A DNA stretch of 64,000 nucleotides from an uncultured virus (IMG/VR IMGVR_UViG_3300032087_004222) (IMGVR_UViG_3300032087_004222); one strand, 5' to 3'; shown: positions 9,687-18,773, counted from the stretch's first letter. The notes: generated by a model not told the origin, from the sequence alone. Numbers and translations are program-made.

Positions 9687-11087
9687 TCAATCCTCTCCGT
9701 GTAGTAGGTCGACCAGTTGCACGACGTCCGAGATGCCCCTGTCGTCATGCACCGCTATCGGTAGCGGGTGCAGTATCTTCAGGGAGTCCCTGTCGATCTC
9801 AGGCACCACCACCTCCAGCACGATGCACTCCTTGTCGATGACCTGCCACTCCTTCCTCGGGCTGAGTGGCGTCCTCCTCTTGATGCTGAACTGCAGTTCG
9901 CTCGCCAACTCTTCTTTCACCATGAAAGTACCGACGACGATGTAGTCCTCGATACCGTCCACGATGTTGACCCTGACCATCAGCCCCTCGTCCGTCTGCC
10001 TGAATGAATGCAACCTGAAGTACTTGCGAGCGAGGGAGCGCATCAGTGTGTAGCCCCCGTCCTCGGATGGGTCGTAGGGCGCCGGGTTGGGGAACCTGAC
10101 GATGTCGTCGTCCATGAAGTACGAGAGCGAACTCCAGTGCTCCACCTCGCTCGGGAAGTGTATGACCACCGGCTCGTTCGTGAGCATGTCTTGGAACCTG
10201 CTCAGCCTCTCGTCCAAGGTGAGCATTGGATAGCGTGGGAATACAGCATCGTACACGTTGATCTGGTCCTTGTAGGGTATGGCCTCGAGTATTACTGGCC
10301 CACGAATACTCCAGTCGAGCACTGGGGCCTTGCCCCTCGGTACCAGCCTACCGCTCCTGTCACGCCATACCAGACGGGAGCCATCTATCTCGTTGAGGAC
10401 GTGCAGCATCTTGGTGCTGCCCCTGTCCATGATCCTCTGGAACACACCACCGTTGTACTCCTGCACCCTGTCGGGCCCATCGGTGGCGAGGTAGGGTAGG
10501 AAGTGCCTCGGCATGAGCGCGAGGCTCGGCTCCTCGTACCACCTGCCACCTGCGTCCAGTGACTCCGGGTCGTCGAAGAGTATGCGAATCAACTCCTCGC
10601 TGCCCTTGATCGACATGTGTCGCTTGAGAATATCGGGTTGAACCTTGCCTTTTGACAGGGATCTGATGAATGATACTTCTGTCATAATAGTATCTGATAG
10701 TATGAATCGCCAGAACAGACGGGCCTCGATCTCGTCCATCATGTGCGCGACGTCGAGTATCTTGACCGCACCAGCGGCCACGCTCTCTGCGTACTGCACG
10801 GCCTGTGTGACCGACCAGTTCCTCGACGCCGACTTGTTGCTCTCGTTGGCGAGCGCCATCCACAGCGAGTCCTCACCGAGGACGTCCATGACGACGTCAA
10901 CGTACACACCCACCTCCTTGGCGAACATGCTCGCCAGTTCCGATCTGGTGAGCAATCTACTCTTGGGGAAGAATAACTGGTGTAGTTGTATCGCGTCCTC
11001 GACTTCCCCTATCTTCGACACGAGGCTCGCCTTTGGCCTGCCTATCCTCATTGACTCATGTATCCTCGACGCCTGAGTGAATCTCAC
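9687..11087 (-). CDS. ATP-dependent DNA ligase-like protein lacking the KxDG catalytic motif
   Basis: GTG at 11087 (GTGA overlap, GGAGGTG RBS). DBD-like N-terminus (RFTQASRIHE; DEIEARLFWRFIL), YDAVF/TLDERL, OB-like C-terminus VLEV...EI...HPLP...DDRGISD. Confidence 0.6.
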   Translation of the reverse strand: MRFTQASRIHESMRIGRPKASLVSKIGEVEDAIQLHQLFFPKSRLLTRSELASMFAKEVGVYVDVVMDVLGEDSLWMALANESNKSASRNWSVTQAVQYAESVAAGAVKILDVAHMMDEIEARLFWRFILSDTIMTEVSFIRSLSKGKVQPDILKRHMSIKGSEELIRILFDDPESLDAGGRWYEEPSLALMPRHFLPYLATDGPDRVQEYNGGVFQRIMDRGSTKMLHVLNEIDGSRLVWRDRSGRLVPRGKAPVLDWSIRGPVILEAIPYKDQINVYDAVFPRYPMLTLDERLSRFQDMLTNEPVVIHFPSEVEHWSSLSYFMDDDIVRFPNPAPYDPSEDGGYTLMRSLARKYFRLHSFRQTDEGLMVRVNIVDGIEDYIVVGTFMVKEELASELQFSIKRRTPLSPRKEWQVIDKECIVLEVVVPEIDRDSLKILHPLPIAVHDDRGISDVVQLVDLLHGED

Positions 11088-11437
11088 CCAAGCACCTCCT
11101 CTACAACGAAGGAGTATGCGTCGGTCCACTCCCTCGGCCTTGGTTGTGTGCTGATCTCCAGCACCTTCTTCGAGACCTCGACCATCCTCTTCACGGTGAT
11201 CCTGTGCCCGCTGCGGTTGGCGGTGACGTACAGGCAGTCCACGAGCAGGCCATGTGGTGTCCTCCTGTTGTCCCACAGGGGATGCTTCAACATGGCCTCG
11301 TGGAGTTCCTTGGCCTTCTCCACCACGGGCACCGGTATCTGCAGTGCGACGGAGAGGTGGATCGTGTAGTCCCTCGACTGTCCGTGGATCGAGTGGCGCA
11401 ACGCTGTGGTCGTCTTCCTATCATGGCTGCTCGGCAT
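11084..11437 (-). CDS. TFIIB/TFB-like single cyclin-repeat protein
   Basis: LQIPVPVVEKAKELH...NRRTPHGLLVDCLYVTANRSGHRITVKRM matches the TFB repeat L.LP..V.E.A..IY...GR.....A.CLY.A.R....RT..EI. Confidence 0.7.
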   Translation of the reverse strand: MPSSHDRKTTTALRHSIHGQSRDYTIHLSVALQIPVPVVEKAKELHEAMLKHPLWDNRRTPHGLLVDCLYVTANRSGHRITVKRMVEVSKKVLEISTQPRPREWTDAYSFVVEEVLG

Positions 11438-11699
11438 CCCCGACTCTCTCCTTCGCTTCTATCTCATCTTGAACCTCGTCCAAGAACTCCCTCAGTCTCG
11501 GCATCAGTTCCCTCAGTTGCTCCACCGTCAGTCTCAGCCCATGACGCGTGTGTTGATTCTTGCCCTCCTTCATGTTCATGATGCGGAAGTCCACCCATAT
11601 CCTGTCGTAGTAGTCGACGCGCCTGACGGCGACGTCACCCTTTCCGTCCATCCACTTTCCTTCCATGCTGGAAGTTCTCCATATCGGCTCCTCTCCCAT
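11421..11699 (-). CDS. PC4-family ssDNA-binding / transcription cofactor
   Basis: VAVRRVDYYDRIWVDFR...TRHGLRLTVEQLREL matches the PC4 pattern VDIR...T.KG..L..EQ. Confidence 0.75.
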   Translation of the reverse strand: MGEEPIWRTSSMEGKWMDGKGDVAVRRVDYYDRIWVDFRIMNMKEGKNQHTRHGLRLTVEQLRELMPRLREFLDEVQDEIEAKERVGDAEQP

Positions 11700-11703
11700 T
11701 CTC

Positions 11704-11808
11704 TCACCTCTTCATGCAATCGTAGCACACCTTGTGCGCAGGGTCCCACGCGAGGTTCCTCTGCTTCTTGCACTTGGCGCAGTACTTTCCCCTGTGTTTA
11801 TTCAACAT
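11704..11808 (-). CDS. 34-aa zinc-finger micro-protein
   Basis: Translated by hand: MLNKHRGKYCAKCKKQRNLAWDPAHKVCYDCMKR. Below the ORF-track cutoff; fills the gap in the operon. Confidence 0.6.
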   Translation of the reverse strand: MLNKHRGKYCAKCKKQRNLAWDPAHKVCYDCMKR

Positions 11809-11908
11809 CCTCGAAACACTCCTTGCACAGGAGGCTGCCATCGTGCCGGTTCCACATGACTCTTCGAGCACCACATCTCCTGCAGTGCTCGATCACCTTG
11901 GCGTTCAC
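11798..11908 (-). CDS. 36-aa TFIIB-type zinc-ribbon peptide
   Basis: Translated by hand from GTG 11908 (GTGA overlap, GGAGGAG RBS): MNAKVIEHCRRCGARRVMWNRHDGSLLCKECFEDVE. Confidence 0.6.
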   Translation of the reverse strand: MNAKVIEHCRRCGARRVMWNRHDGSLLCKECFEDVE

Positions 11909-12603
11909 TCCTCCTCATCTCCTATCACCCTGCAGTACGTTCCCCACATCCATGGTGGCACCTTGGCCCCGGTGTTCGGCGAGGACGTACCCACAAGTAC
12001 TCCCAACTCTCTAGTATCCGCAGTCTCGATCATCTGCCTCCTCGTCATGGCCCTGAGAACGGTGCCGTCCGAGTCAACGAACTGCATGAACAGGTCGTCA
12101 CCTGCGAGCAGGTGGTAGTCGTCTGGGTCCATGTTGATCTCCCCGTCGCACTCCGGGCACTCCAACCTGTACGCCCACACCTCGACGGTGTCGGTGTCGC
12201 CCGTCTCGAGCAGGACCTCCTGATCGCTGACGAAGTGCGCGACGGCCTTCTCCAGATCCATCTCACAGATCCTCTTGCCGCAGTCGTGCGTCCATGTCTG
12301 GGCTATCTCCATCTTGTGCTGCTGCTCCATGATGTAGGCCTGCTCCGGGTTGGTGGGTGGCTCGTAGTCGACATGCTCGCCCTCGGCGATGTTGATGCCC
12401 ACGGCCATCATCAGCGTGGCGAACCTCGCATGGTTCTCCATGACATCAGGGTGGTTCATCCTCTTCACGAGTTTCCATGTGTCCTTGTCCAACTTCTGAT
12501 AGGTCAGACCCGCACCGTCAGGTGACCATATGCCACCGATGCCTATCGACCCAAAGTGCTCTTTCGCCCACTGCTTCATCTCTTCATTTACTTCAAACGT
12601 CAT
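11905..12603 (-). CDS. Hypothetical protein with putative Zn site
   Basis: 232-aa ORF containing HDCG and CPECDG; coupled to its neighbours. Confidence 0.7.
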   Translation of the reverse strand: MTFEVNEEMKQWAKEHFGSIGIGGIWSPDGAGLTYQKLDKDTWKLVKRMNHPDVMENHARFATLMMAVGINIAEGEHVDYEPPTNPEQAYIMEQQHKMEIAQTWTHDCGKRICEMDLEKAVAHFVSDQEVLLETGDTDTVEVWAYRLECPECDGEINMDPDDYHLLAGDDLFMQFVDSDGTVLRAMTRRQMIETADTRELGVLVGTSSPNTGAKVPPWMWGTYCRVIGDEEE

Positions 12604-12935
12604 AATAGTTCACGCCTCCAATCAGGAGTTATCTCGTCTGCTTCTTCGTTTGTAAGTATAACGATGCTCTTGCACTCCCAGCACGGCATCAGTAGATGAC
12701 CCTCGAAGACGGCGATGAAGCCATCCTCGTGCGTGTCTGACTTGCACCTCGGGCACTCGTCGAAGCAGGCCTTGACCGGCATCGAGAACAACATGGGGAT
12801 GGGCTCCTCGTCGATGACGGCATGGAAGGATGCCTCAGAGAGCGTCCTCTTCTCGCCGTTCTCCATGATGTACCCACCGGGTATGAAGTCAGATGCCCTC
12901 ATCACGGCTCTGTCATAGTCGCTGTCGTCAAACAT
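12600..12935 (-). CDS. Zn-ribbon hypothetical protein
   Basis: ATG 12935 after GGAGG; CPRC...CWEC. Confidence 0.65.
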   Translation of the reverse strand: MFDDSDYDRAVMRASDFIPGGYIMENGEKRTLSEASFHAVIDEEPIPMLFSMPVKACFDECPRCKSDTHEDGFIAVFEGHLLMPCWECKSIVILTNEEADEITPDWRRELL

Positions 12936-13182
12936 CGAAGACGACCTCCCTGAACTTGGCCTCGTACTCGACGTAGCCAATGGTGCTGCACTCCTTACAA
13001 ACTACTCTCAGCATGATAGTACCCTCAGCCTCGCTGTCGTTGAAGTACTCCTCGACGGGGTTGCTGCTCGTGTCGATCACCCAGTGCTCGTGCTCGCACG
13101 GTGGATGGTCACCATCGAGGTACGCATGATCCGCAGCCGTCATCCCATCTGGGTAGTTGGTCGGTCCGGTTCTCATGCTCAT
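12928..13182 (-). CDS. Hypothetical protein
   Basis: CEH...CKEC; TGATG coupling. Confidence 0.6.
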   Translation of the reverse strand: MSMRTGPTNYPDGMTAADHAYLDGDHPPCEHEHWVIDTSSNPVEEYFNDSEAEGTIMLRVVCKECSTIGYVEYEAKFREVVFDV

Positions 13183-13478
13183 CAGTCCCACTCCTCATGC
13201 GCTGGTGGTATCAGGCCACTCCTGTCGCCGTCCCATCCCTCGTAGACATGGCCCTCGGGCAGGAAGGGAACCCTCCTCGCCGCCATGTTCAGGATGACCT
13301 TCCTGACGTTCTGCACTGCGCTCCGTGCCCTCTTCAAGGCATGCTCGTCGTCTGCGTCCTTGGGCGAGCGGATGCCGGGTACCCCGGTCTCGGCCCACCC
13401 CTGTATGTCAGTCTCCCTGAGCATGTTCATGAGCAGTTCAAACTCCGCGTGTTTTATGCTGGTGAATCTATCGATCAT
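13182..13478 (-). CDS. Hypothetical protein
   Basis: 98-aa ORF with GGAGGTGG RBS. Confidence 0.6.
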   Translation of the reverse strand: MIDRFTSIKHAEFELLMNMLRETDIQGWAETGVPGIRSPKDADDEHALKRARSAVQNVRKVILNMAARRVPFLPEGHVYEGWDGDRSGLIPPAHEEWD

Positions 13479-13585
13479 TCCACCACCTCCACGCTCTCAA
13501 AGATGGGCCTGTGGCAATCCGAGCATCTGTTTTTAACAATCTCATGCCGTAGGAAACCAATGGTGCAATCACACTTCTCAATCAT
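13475..13585 (-). CDS. 36-aa Cys-rich micro-protein
   Basis: Translated by hand: MIEKCDCTIGFLRHEIVKNRCSDCHRPIFESVEVVE. ATGA overlaps at both ends. Confidence 0.5.
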   Translation of the reverse strand: MIEKCDCTIGFLRHEIVKNRCSDCHRPIFESVEVVE

Positions 13586-13785
13586 TCCACCACCCTCTGA
13601 CATCTTTCCCATATGTAATCCATAGCCCACTCGATGTCATCCACTGTGCAAATGAGAGGATCACCGAATGTATCATACCCCACTGACATAACCCACTCTG
13701 CGCCACTACCTTCCACCACTGTGTACTGCAAGAGGCAAATGTTCAGTGCCTGTATCTTGCCCTTTGACCTTGGAAACCTCTTCAT
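13582..13785 (-). CDS. Hypothetical protein
   Basis: ATGA coupling; GAGGTGA RBS. Confidence 0.55.
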   Translation of the reverse strand: MKRFPRSKGKIQALNICLLQYTVVEGSGAEWVMSVGYDTFGDPLICTVDDIEWAMDYIWERCQRVVE

Positions 13786-14300
13786 GCTATCACCTCTGCT
13801 CCTCGCCACCAGTCAGGTGGGCTCGTGTGCCTGTAATGCACACCACCCGGACTGTGTACTTTGGAGTGGTAGTACGCACGGTACGCCGTGACGGCATCCT
13901 CGTGCTTGTACTCATCGGGCATGGCCTGAGCGAAAGGTGTAAGATCACCCTCGGGTATCATCCTGCTCATGCTCGACATCTGGTAGATCGGATCGTGGCA
14001 GGCATGGACCTTGCCGAACCTCTGGTAGTACTCGTCCAGCAGTGCCTCGGCATGATGAGCCAGCCACTTGAAGTTGGTGCGTGTCTCTCCCGCGAAAACC
14101 GTACATGGGTGATGTTTGTACCCACCCCGGTATGGCTTGCCGCTCGTCTTGGCAACGGGCATCTGCTCATCAGTGGCACCCCATCTGCGTAGGGCTGACG
14201 CCATCATCTGTGCGCTTTCGACTACCATCTTCGGCACCCTGACGCAGTCCATCGCTGCTGCTGCCTTGAATGGATTACTATCAAGCACGAATATGTTCAT
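13782..14300 (-). CDS. Pyrimidine-dimer DNA glycosylase/DenV-related phage protein
   Basis: MNIFVLD.NP..AA...KMVVESAQM...HHPCT.F...N..WL..H...L..EY..RFGK.H and TPFAQAMP..YK pattern. Confidence 0.7.
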   Translation of the reverse strand: MNIFVLDSNPFKAAAAMDCVRVPKMVVESAQMMASALRRWGATDEQMPVAKTSGKPYRGGYKHHPCTVFAGETRTNFKWLAHHAEALLDEYYQRFGKVHACHDPIYQMSSMSRMIPEGDLTPFAQAMPDEYKHEDAVTAYRAYYHSKVHSPGGVHYRHTSPPDWWRGAEVIA

Positions 14301-14620
14301 GCGCTCATCTCCTCATACCAGAAGTACTTTCTCCAATTCTCTCTCCATTCCTCGACATTCCATTCTGTGTCGAGCATTTCACAAAGATAGTTGAGCATCT
14401 CCTTCTTGCCCCACGTCTTGTTCTTTCCTGTGAGTCTTGACTCGTACCACTCTCGGTTGAAAGATATGCTGTTGGAATATTGGCTGTTGAAATGCTTGAG
14501 GACCTCTGACCTCCTACCGTTCTTCGTGACGTCATGGAACATGAAAAGGAACCCCCTCCAGTAATCCCTCTCATTCTTGAGTTCTTCCACCCACTCAAAT
14601 GGAGTTGCTATGTATCCCAT
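14297..14620 (-). CDS. Hypothetical Trp-rich protein
   Basis: 107-aa ORF with AT-richer codons. Confidence 0.55.
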   Translation of the reverse strand: MGYIATPFEWVEELKNERDYWRGFLFMFHDVTKNGRRSEVLKHFNSQYSNSISFNREWYESRLTGKNKTWGKKEMLNYLCEMLDTEWNVEEWRENWRKYFWYEEMSA

Positions 14621-14881
14621 TCAAGCCACCTCATCTTCAGGCATCTTTCGTTGCCGCCATTCGGCTATCTGCTCCACTCGATACCCCGGCTGGCTCTCGT
14701 CAAGGGCGATGTTCACCAGATCGATCAGGGCGTCGATCTCGGAGGTGATGGCCCTCATCTGAAGTTCCCCAATCTCTGGAGGGGATGTTTTAGACCATGC
14801 CTCGACCACGCTCTGCCTAGCCTTGGCCAGATGACTCAGCGTGGTGACGGCCATGGACCAACGAGAGGCTGTCCTGCTCAT
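14621..14881 (-). CDS. Hypothetical protein
   Basis: Start MSRTASRW at 14881 (ATGA overlap). Confidence 0.55.
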   Translation of the reverse strand: MSRTASRWSMAVTTLSHLAKARQSVVEAWSKTSPPEIGELQMRAITSEIDALIDLVNIALDESQPGYRVEQIAEWRQRKMPEDEVA

Positions 14882-15243
14882 TCCAACACCTTCCTGAGTC
14901 TGCCCAGCAGTACCTCCATCTTGTCGATGGTGTCCTGTATGACGAGCCGCTGCTCCTTCTCCTTGGCCAACGTGCGCTTGTGGCTCTCGAAGAACTCCAG
15001 CACTGAGTCGTAGTCCTTCTGTTGGGTGGCCTCCTTCTGTTGGGTGACCTTGCCTTGTCTCTTGAGCGTGTTGAAACGCTGTCCGCATGAGGCCTCGGTC
15101 CTACCTAGCCCCTTCGCGATCCTCCGCCTCTGGGCATTGTCCCCACGTCTCACCTCACCCCATTGTGACATGAGTTGCTCGTCCTCTGCCTCTGTCCATC
15201 TCTTGTTCTTCCTCTTCGCTTTTGTTTTGCTCATTTCTCTCAT
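14878..15243 (-). CDS. Myb/SANT-like helix-turn-helix DNA-binding protein with C-terminal coiled coil
   Basis: KRWTEAEDEQL...IAKGLGRTEASCGQRFNTL. Start is 15243 or 15234. Confidence 0.75.
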   Translation of the reverse strand: MREMSKTKAKRKNKRWTEAEDEQLMSQWGEVRRGDNAQRRRIAKGLGRTEASCGQRFNTLKRQGKVTQQKEATQQKDYDSVLEFFESHKRTLAKEKEQRLVIQDTIDKMEVLLGRLRKVLE

Positions 15244-15256
15244 TCCTCCTTCTTTG

Positions 15257-15273
15257 CTCCTTTAAGTATGATT
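15257..15273 (-). promoter_or_regulatory. 17-bp repeat copy 2
   Basis: Exact match, upstream of the Myb-like gene. Confidence 0.75.
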
Positions 15274-15860
15274 CACAGCATGAACACATCGTCTCCCGAG
15301 TACGGTGGCTCGATGCCGTCCAACTCCGAAACGTCCAAGCCCATCTGCTTGGCCATGAGTTCAACCTGCTTCTCGTGATCGTAGATGGGGACCTCTGACT
15401 TCTTCGCCAGTTCGATCGCCCTGTCCTGATCGATCATCCCCTGCTTGGCCATCTGCATGACGACCATCACGGCCTCGGTCGAGATGCCGTCGCCGTACGC
15501 CATGCTCATCGGTCCCTTGATCGTGACCAACGGCTTGGCCCTGTCAGCGTTCACCGCTATCTCCAGCCCCGCTAGGATGCTGGGGTGTACTCCTGTCTCA
15601 GAAGAGATGTCCTGAATGAGCATCTGCCACCCCACGATGTCGAGCGGGTCCTCGTTGACCATCATCAGGCTCTGGTTTATCCAAGCCGCATGCTGTGACA
15701 TGCTGTCCTGCACGATCGACTGGAGCGTGTCCAGCGTGTCCATGCGGGAGAGCATGTAGGTCCAAGTCCTGTCGGGTATCCTCATGCCGTCGACCTGCTT
15801 GGCAACGGTACCGAGGTACTCCAGAGCGTACTCGATGGTGCTGTCGATCGCCTCGCTCAT
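15273..15860 (-). CDS. Hypothetical protein
   Basis: Start MSEAIDS at 15860; stop abuts a copy of the repeat. Confidence 0.65.
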   Translation of the reverse strand: MSEAIDSTIEYALEYLGTVAKQVDGMRIPDRTWTYMLSRMDTLDTLQSIVQDSMSQHAAWINQSLMMVNEDPLDIVGWQMLIQDISSETGVHPSILAGLEIAVNADRAKPLVTIKGPMSMAYGDGISTEAVMVVMQMAKQGMIDQDRAIELAKKSEVPIYDHEKQVELMAKQMGLDVSELDGIEPPYSGDDVFML

Positions 15861-16054
15861 TCTTCCTCGCCCCTGTAGTGCATGAAGTTCGACATGTAGT
15901 GCTCGTTGACCCTGATCTCCCTGTCGTCCCACGCGAGCGTGTAGACGGTGATGGTGTTCTGCTGGTTGACCCTCATCCTCTCCTCGTCCACGATGATGTA
16001 CTTCTCACCAGTGTGCACGTTCACCACGGTGTCGGTTATCTTCCACATGCTCAT
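15857..16054 (-). CDS. Hypothetical protein (SH3-like beta pattern possible)
   Basis: 65-aa coupled ORF. Confidence 0.55.
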   Translation of the reverse strand: MSMWKITDTVVNVHTGEKYIIVDEERMRVNQQNTITVYTLAWDDREIRVNEHYMSNFMHYRGEEE

Positions 16055-16479
16055 GGCTGCACCTCTACTTTCACCCTGTTAGTAATCTCGTCGAAGAACT
16101 TCGGGTGGCACCATCCATACCCGGTCTTGCTGAGGAGTTCGTCAACGACTAGGGTCGCCAACTCGTCCATGTCGATCTCAGACGTCATCTCAGACGCCAT
16201 CTCAGACTTGCACAACGTCCCATCGTTGAACGCAGCCTTCGCCATTTTCTCAGCATCGATGTCAAGGTAATGGACGATGTTGCTGAGTTCGATGTTCTCA
16301 GCCACCTCGTACACATCGAACTCACCTGCGATGTCACTGGCGTCGATGTTCATATGCTCAGCGATGTCGGGGATGTGGGGTTCGATGTCTATGTTCTGGG
16401 CCACCTCGTATAGATCCAACTCCTCCATCCTACGCTCTACTTCTGTCTCTATCATTCTCATTATCCACTTTCGTATCAT
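16051..16479 (-). CDS. Acidic protein with short internal repeats
   Basis: DLYEVAQNI / DVYEVAENI / DIAEHM / DIAGEF repeats. Confidence 0.6.
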   Translation of the reverse strand: MIRKWIMRMIETEVERRMEELDLYEVAQNIDIEPHIPDIAEHMNIDASDIAGEFDVYEVAENIELSNIVHYLDIDAEKMAKAAFNDGTLCKSEMASEMTSEIDMDELATLVVDELLSKTGYGWCHPKFFDEITNRVKVEVQP

Positions 16480-16673
16480 TCCTCTTCCTCCTGCTTTATT
16501 CCTGCCTTCTTCTTGTCCTCGTCTGTTCCGAAGCACTCAATGATCCACCGGTAGTAGTGTCTCCACGCCAGTTGATCCAGTGTATCCTCCATCGCCAATG
16601 ACTCGGCTAGTCTTTCGAGGTGGCCAATGTACCACCCCCTAGTTTGTTCATACCAATCCTCTTCTGTATTCAT
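16476..16673 (-). CDS. Hypothetical protein
   Basis: Coupled 65-aa ORF. Confidence 0.5.
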   Translation of the reverse strand: MNTEEDWYEQTRGWYIGHLERLAESLAMEDTLDQLAWRHYYRWIIECFGTDEDKKKAGIKQEEEE

Positions 16674-16960
16674 TCCTCATTCACCTCATCATTACTATCA
16701 GGTAGTAGTACTGGCGCTTGGTCACTACCAAATTGGTACGACCACTCCACGCCACAGTCCTTGCACCTGAGATTCAACTCGTGGACGTGGGTGAAGGTGC
16801 CGTCCCTCCCGGCCCACTCCCAGTCGTGCCAGTCTCGTGTGGCGCACTTCTCCATCGTCTTCAGTTGGTTGTACTCCTGCTCGAGGGTAGTCGCCTCGTT
16901 CGTCAGTTCGTACATCTTCATCTCCAGTTCCGCTATCTTCTCGTTCACGTTGTACGTCAT
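16670..16960 (-). CDS. Coiled-coil + Zn-ribbon hypothetical protein
   Basis: Start MTYNVNEK at 16960; C...H...CKDCG. Confidence 0.55.
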   Translation of the reverse strand: MTYNVNEKIAELEMKMYELTNEATTLEQEYNQLKTMEKCATRDWHDWEWAGRDGTFTHVHELNLRCKDCGVEWSYQFGSDQAPVLLPDSNDEVNEE

Positions 16961-17565
16961 GCTATCACCTCGCCCTTGTGCTCCCTGCCCTCGGAGTATA
17001 TCTTGTAGCACATGCTCCTCAAACCATCTACCACTGCAAAGATGGGCTCCCAATCATCAAAGTCGGGGACTTCGCCATCGACATAGCCCCCACTTACTTT
17101 GATGGACTCGTGCATCCACTCGCCCTCCTTCGCCTCTTCCAGATCTTCCTCCGCTCGGTACCAGTCTTTTTCCGCATCGTCCATTCTACACCAAGCATAA
17201 GTCACATCCTCCTCATCTGCGTCCTTGTCATTATCCAACTCCTCCCAGATGTCACGGAGCCTGTCGTACCTGTCATATGCGTCATTGCTCTTTCTCTCCG
17301 CTTCCTCCACCTTCTCCTCATCGACATGCTTCCACTCGACGTCGAAGGCCACCTCGCCGGGGAGTTTCTCGTCGTCCCCATACCAGTATCCACCTGACAG
17401 ATGGAACCCAAAGGTCTCATGCGACCAATCGAAGCGACCGTGATCAGGCGTTCCCATCTTCACTTTCATTCCGTCGACGGTGAACCTGTGCTCCCACTTT
17501 CCATCTACCTTGTACGTCTCCAAGTCTTCACTCCAAAAGTTTCCTTCGTATTTCTCTTCGCTCAT
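16957..17565 (-). CDS. Highly acidic hypothetical protein
   Basis: 202 aa, D/E-rich, coupled at both ends. Confidence 0.65.
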   Translation of the reverse strand: MSEEKYEGNFWSEDLETYKVDGKWEHRFTVDGMKVKMGTPDHGRFDWSHETFGFHLSGGYWYGDDEKLPGEVAFDVEWKHVDEEKVEEAERKSNDAYDRYDRLRDIWEELDNDKDADEEDVTYAWCRMDDAEKDWYRAEEDLEEAKEGEWMHESIKVSGGYVDGEVPDFDDWEPIFAVVDGLRSMCYKIYSEGREHKGEVIA

Positions 17566-17744
17566 TCTATCACTTCTCCTGTATATTCATCAGTGTTGTA
17601 CTCTCGCTCCCACACTGGATCGCTTATGCTGTGCTCCTGCAGCCGTTCGAGCCTCATGGTGTTCATCTCCTGAAGGCTGTCGACGAGGCGTTGCAGCCTG
17701 CCGACCTCCTTCTTCACCTTGGCAAGGGCTATGTGTACGCTCAT
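17562..17744 (-). CDS. Hypothetical protein
   Basis: ATGA-coupled 60-aa ORF. Confidence 0.5.
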   Translation of the reverse strand: MSVHIALAKVKKEVGRLQRLVDSLQEMNTMRLERLQEHSISDPVWEREYNTDEYTGEVIE

Positions 17745-18760
17745 TGCATCACCACGCTCATGGCCTTGTTCCATGCGACCTGCTTCTTCTTGGCGAGGGC
17801 GCCGAACAGAGCCGACTCCTGCCTCTTCTCGCTGACCTTGCCGTCAGCCAGTTTGGTGAAGTCGTAGTCGATGGCCTCGGTGATCGTGTTGTACGCCTGC
17901 CAGACCGTGCCGGTCATGAGGCCGACGTTGTTGGTGTCGTTGTACAACCGCTCCACCACGTTGTCCAGTAGGTTGCGACCACGTGTCTTGAGGTTGCCAT
18001 CCTCGTCCTTCTCGATGCCGAGGACGTCGATGAAGTAGGTCTCCATCTCGCCCATGGTCATCTGTGTGCTGAGCATGCCGTTCGCCATCTCGCCCCATCG
18101 TAGGAAGTCGGTGTTGACCATGCCGAGTGCTTCTCTCGCTAGGTCGACCTTGTCCATCATGTTCCTCGTGTGGCGGATGTTGTATCCCTGCCCGCGCCCT
18201 TGGTTGAGGGCCCAAGTGAGTGTGTTCTGGCACACCACCCTGATTGGCGTCTGTAGTATCTTGACGGCACCGCTGCCGTCGTGCGTGTTGCTGATGAGGA
18301 TGAACTGGTCAACCACATCCTTGCCACCGATGAGGATGCTCTTTGGCATACGTGCCAGCAGCCAAACCGTCGCACCGTTGCGGAGCGCACCGCACACCTC
18401 GATCTTCGCCTCGTCCGTCTGTGTCAGGTCGTCCATGAATGCGAAGGCATCCTCGTTCTGCAGGGCGGTCCACACCCGTCCCACGCTCTTGCCTCCACGG
18501 CTGAGTGGGATGAGTCCGCCTTCCTCGTCTCTCCTGAACACGCCGAAGGTGTCAGGCACACGCACTGGGTTGCCGTCCTCCTCGATCGCCCACAATGGAA
18601 GTTTCTCCACCTTCCATTTCAGGTGCGCCATCTCCAGCGCCTCTTCCGTGGTCATCAGGCCCTTCGCCTGCTGACCCAGTCCGTGCCACGGGGTGTCACC
18701 CGTCCACGCTGTCATCATCTGTCCGCTTGTTGTCTGTGCAATTCCGTGCATTTTTCTCAT
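17741..18760 (-). CDS. DUF932 (TIGR03299-like phage/plasmid) protein
   Basis: PWHGLG, LQNEDAF, SNTHDGS, TPIRVVCQNTL, IRHT, GTVWQAYNTITE. Confidence 0.85.
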   Translation of the reverse strand: MRKMHGIAQTTSGQMMTAWTGDTPWHGLGQQAKGLMTTEEALEMAHLKWKVEKLPLWAIEEDGNPVRVPDTFGVFRRDEEGGLIPLSRGGKSVGRVWTALQNEDAFAFMDDLTQTDEAKIEVCGALRNGATVWLLARMPKSILIGGKDVVDQFILISNTHDGSGAVKILQTPIRVVCQNTLTWALNQGRGQGYNIRHTRNMMDKVDLAREALGMVNTDFLRWGEMANGMLSTQMTMGEMETYFIDVLGIEKDEDGNLKTRGRNLLDNVVERLYNDTNNVGLMTGTVWQAYNTITEAIDYDFTKLADGKVSEKRQESALFGALAKKKQVAWNKAMSVVMQ

Positions 18761-18773
18761 TCCTCCTTCTTTA

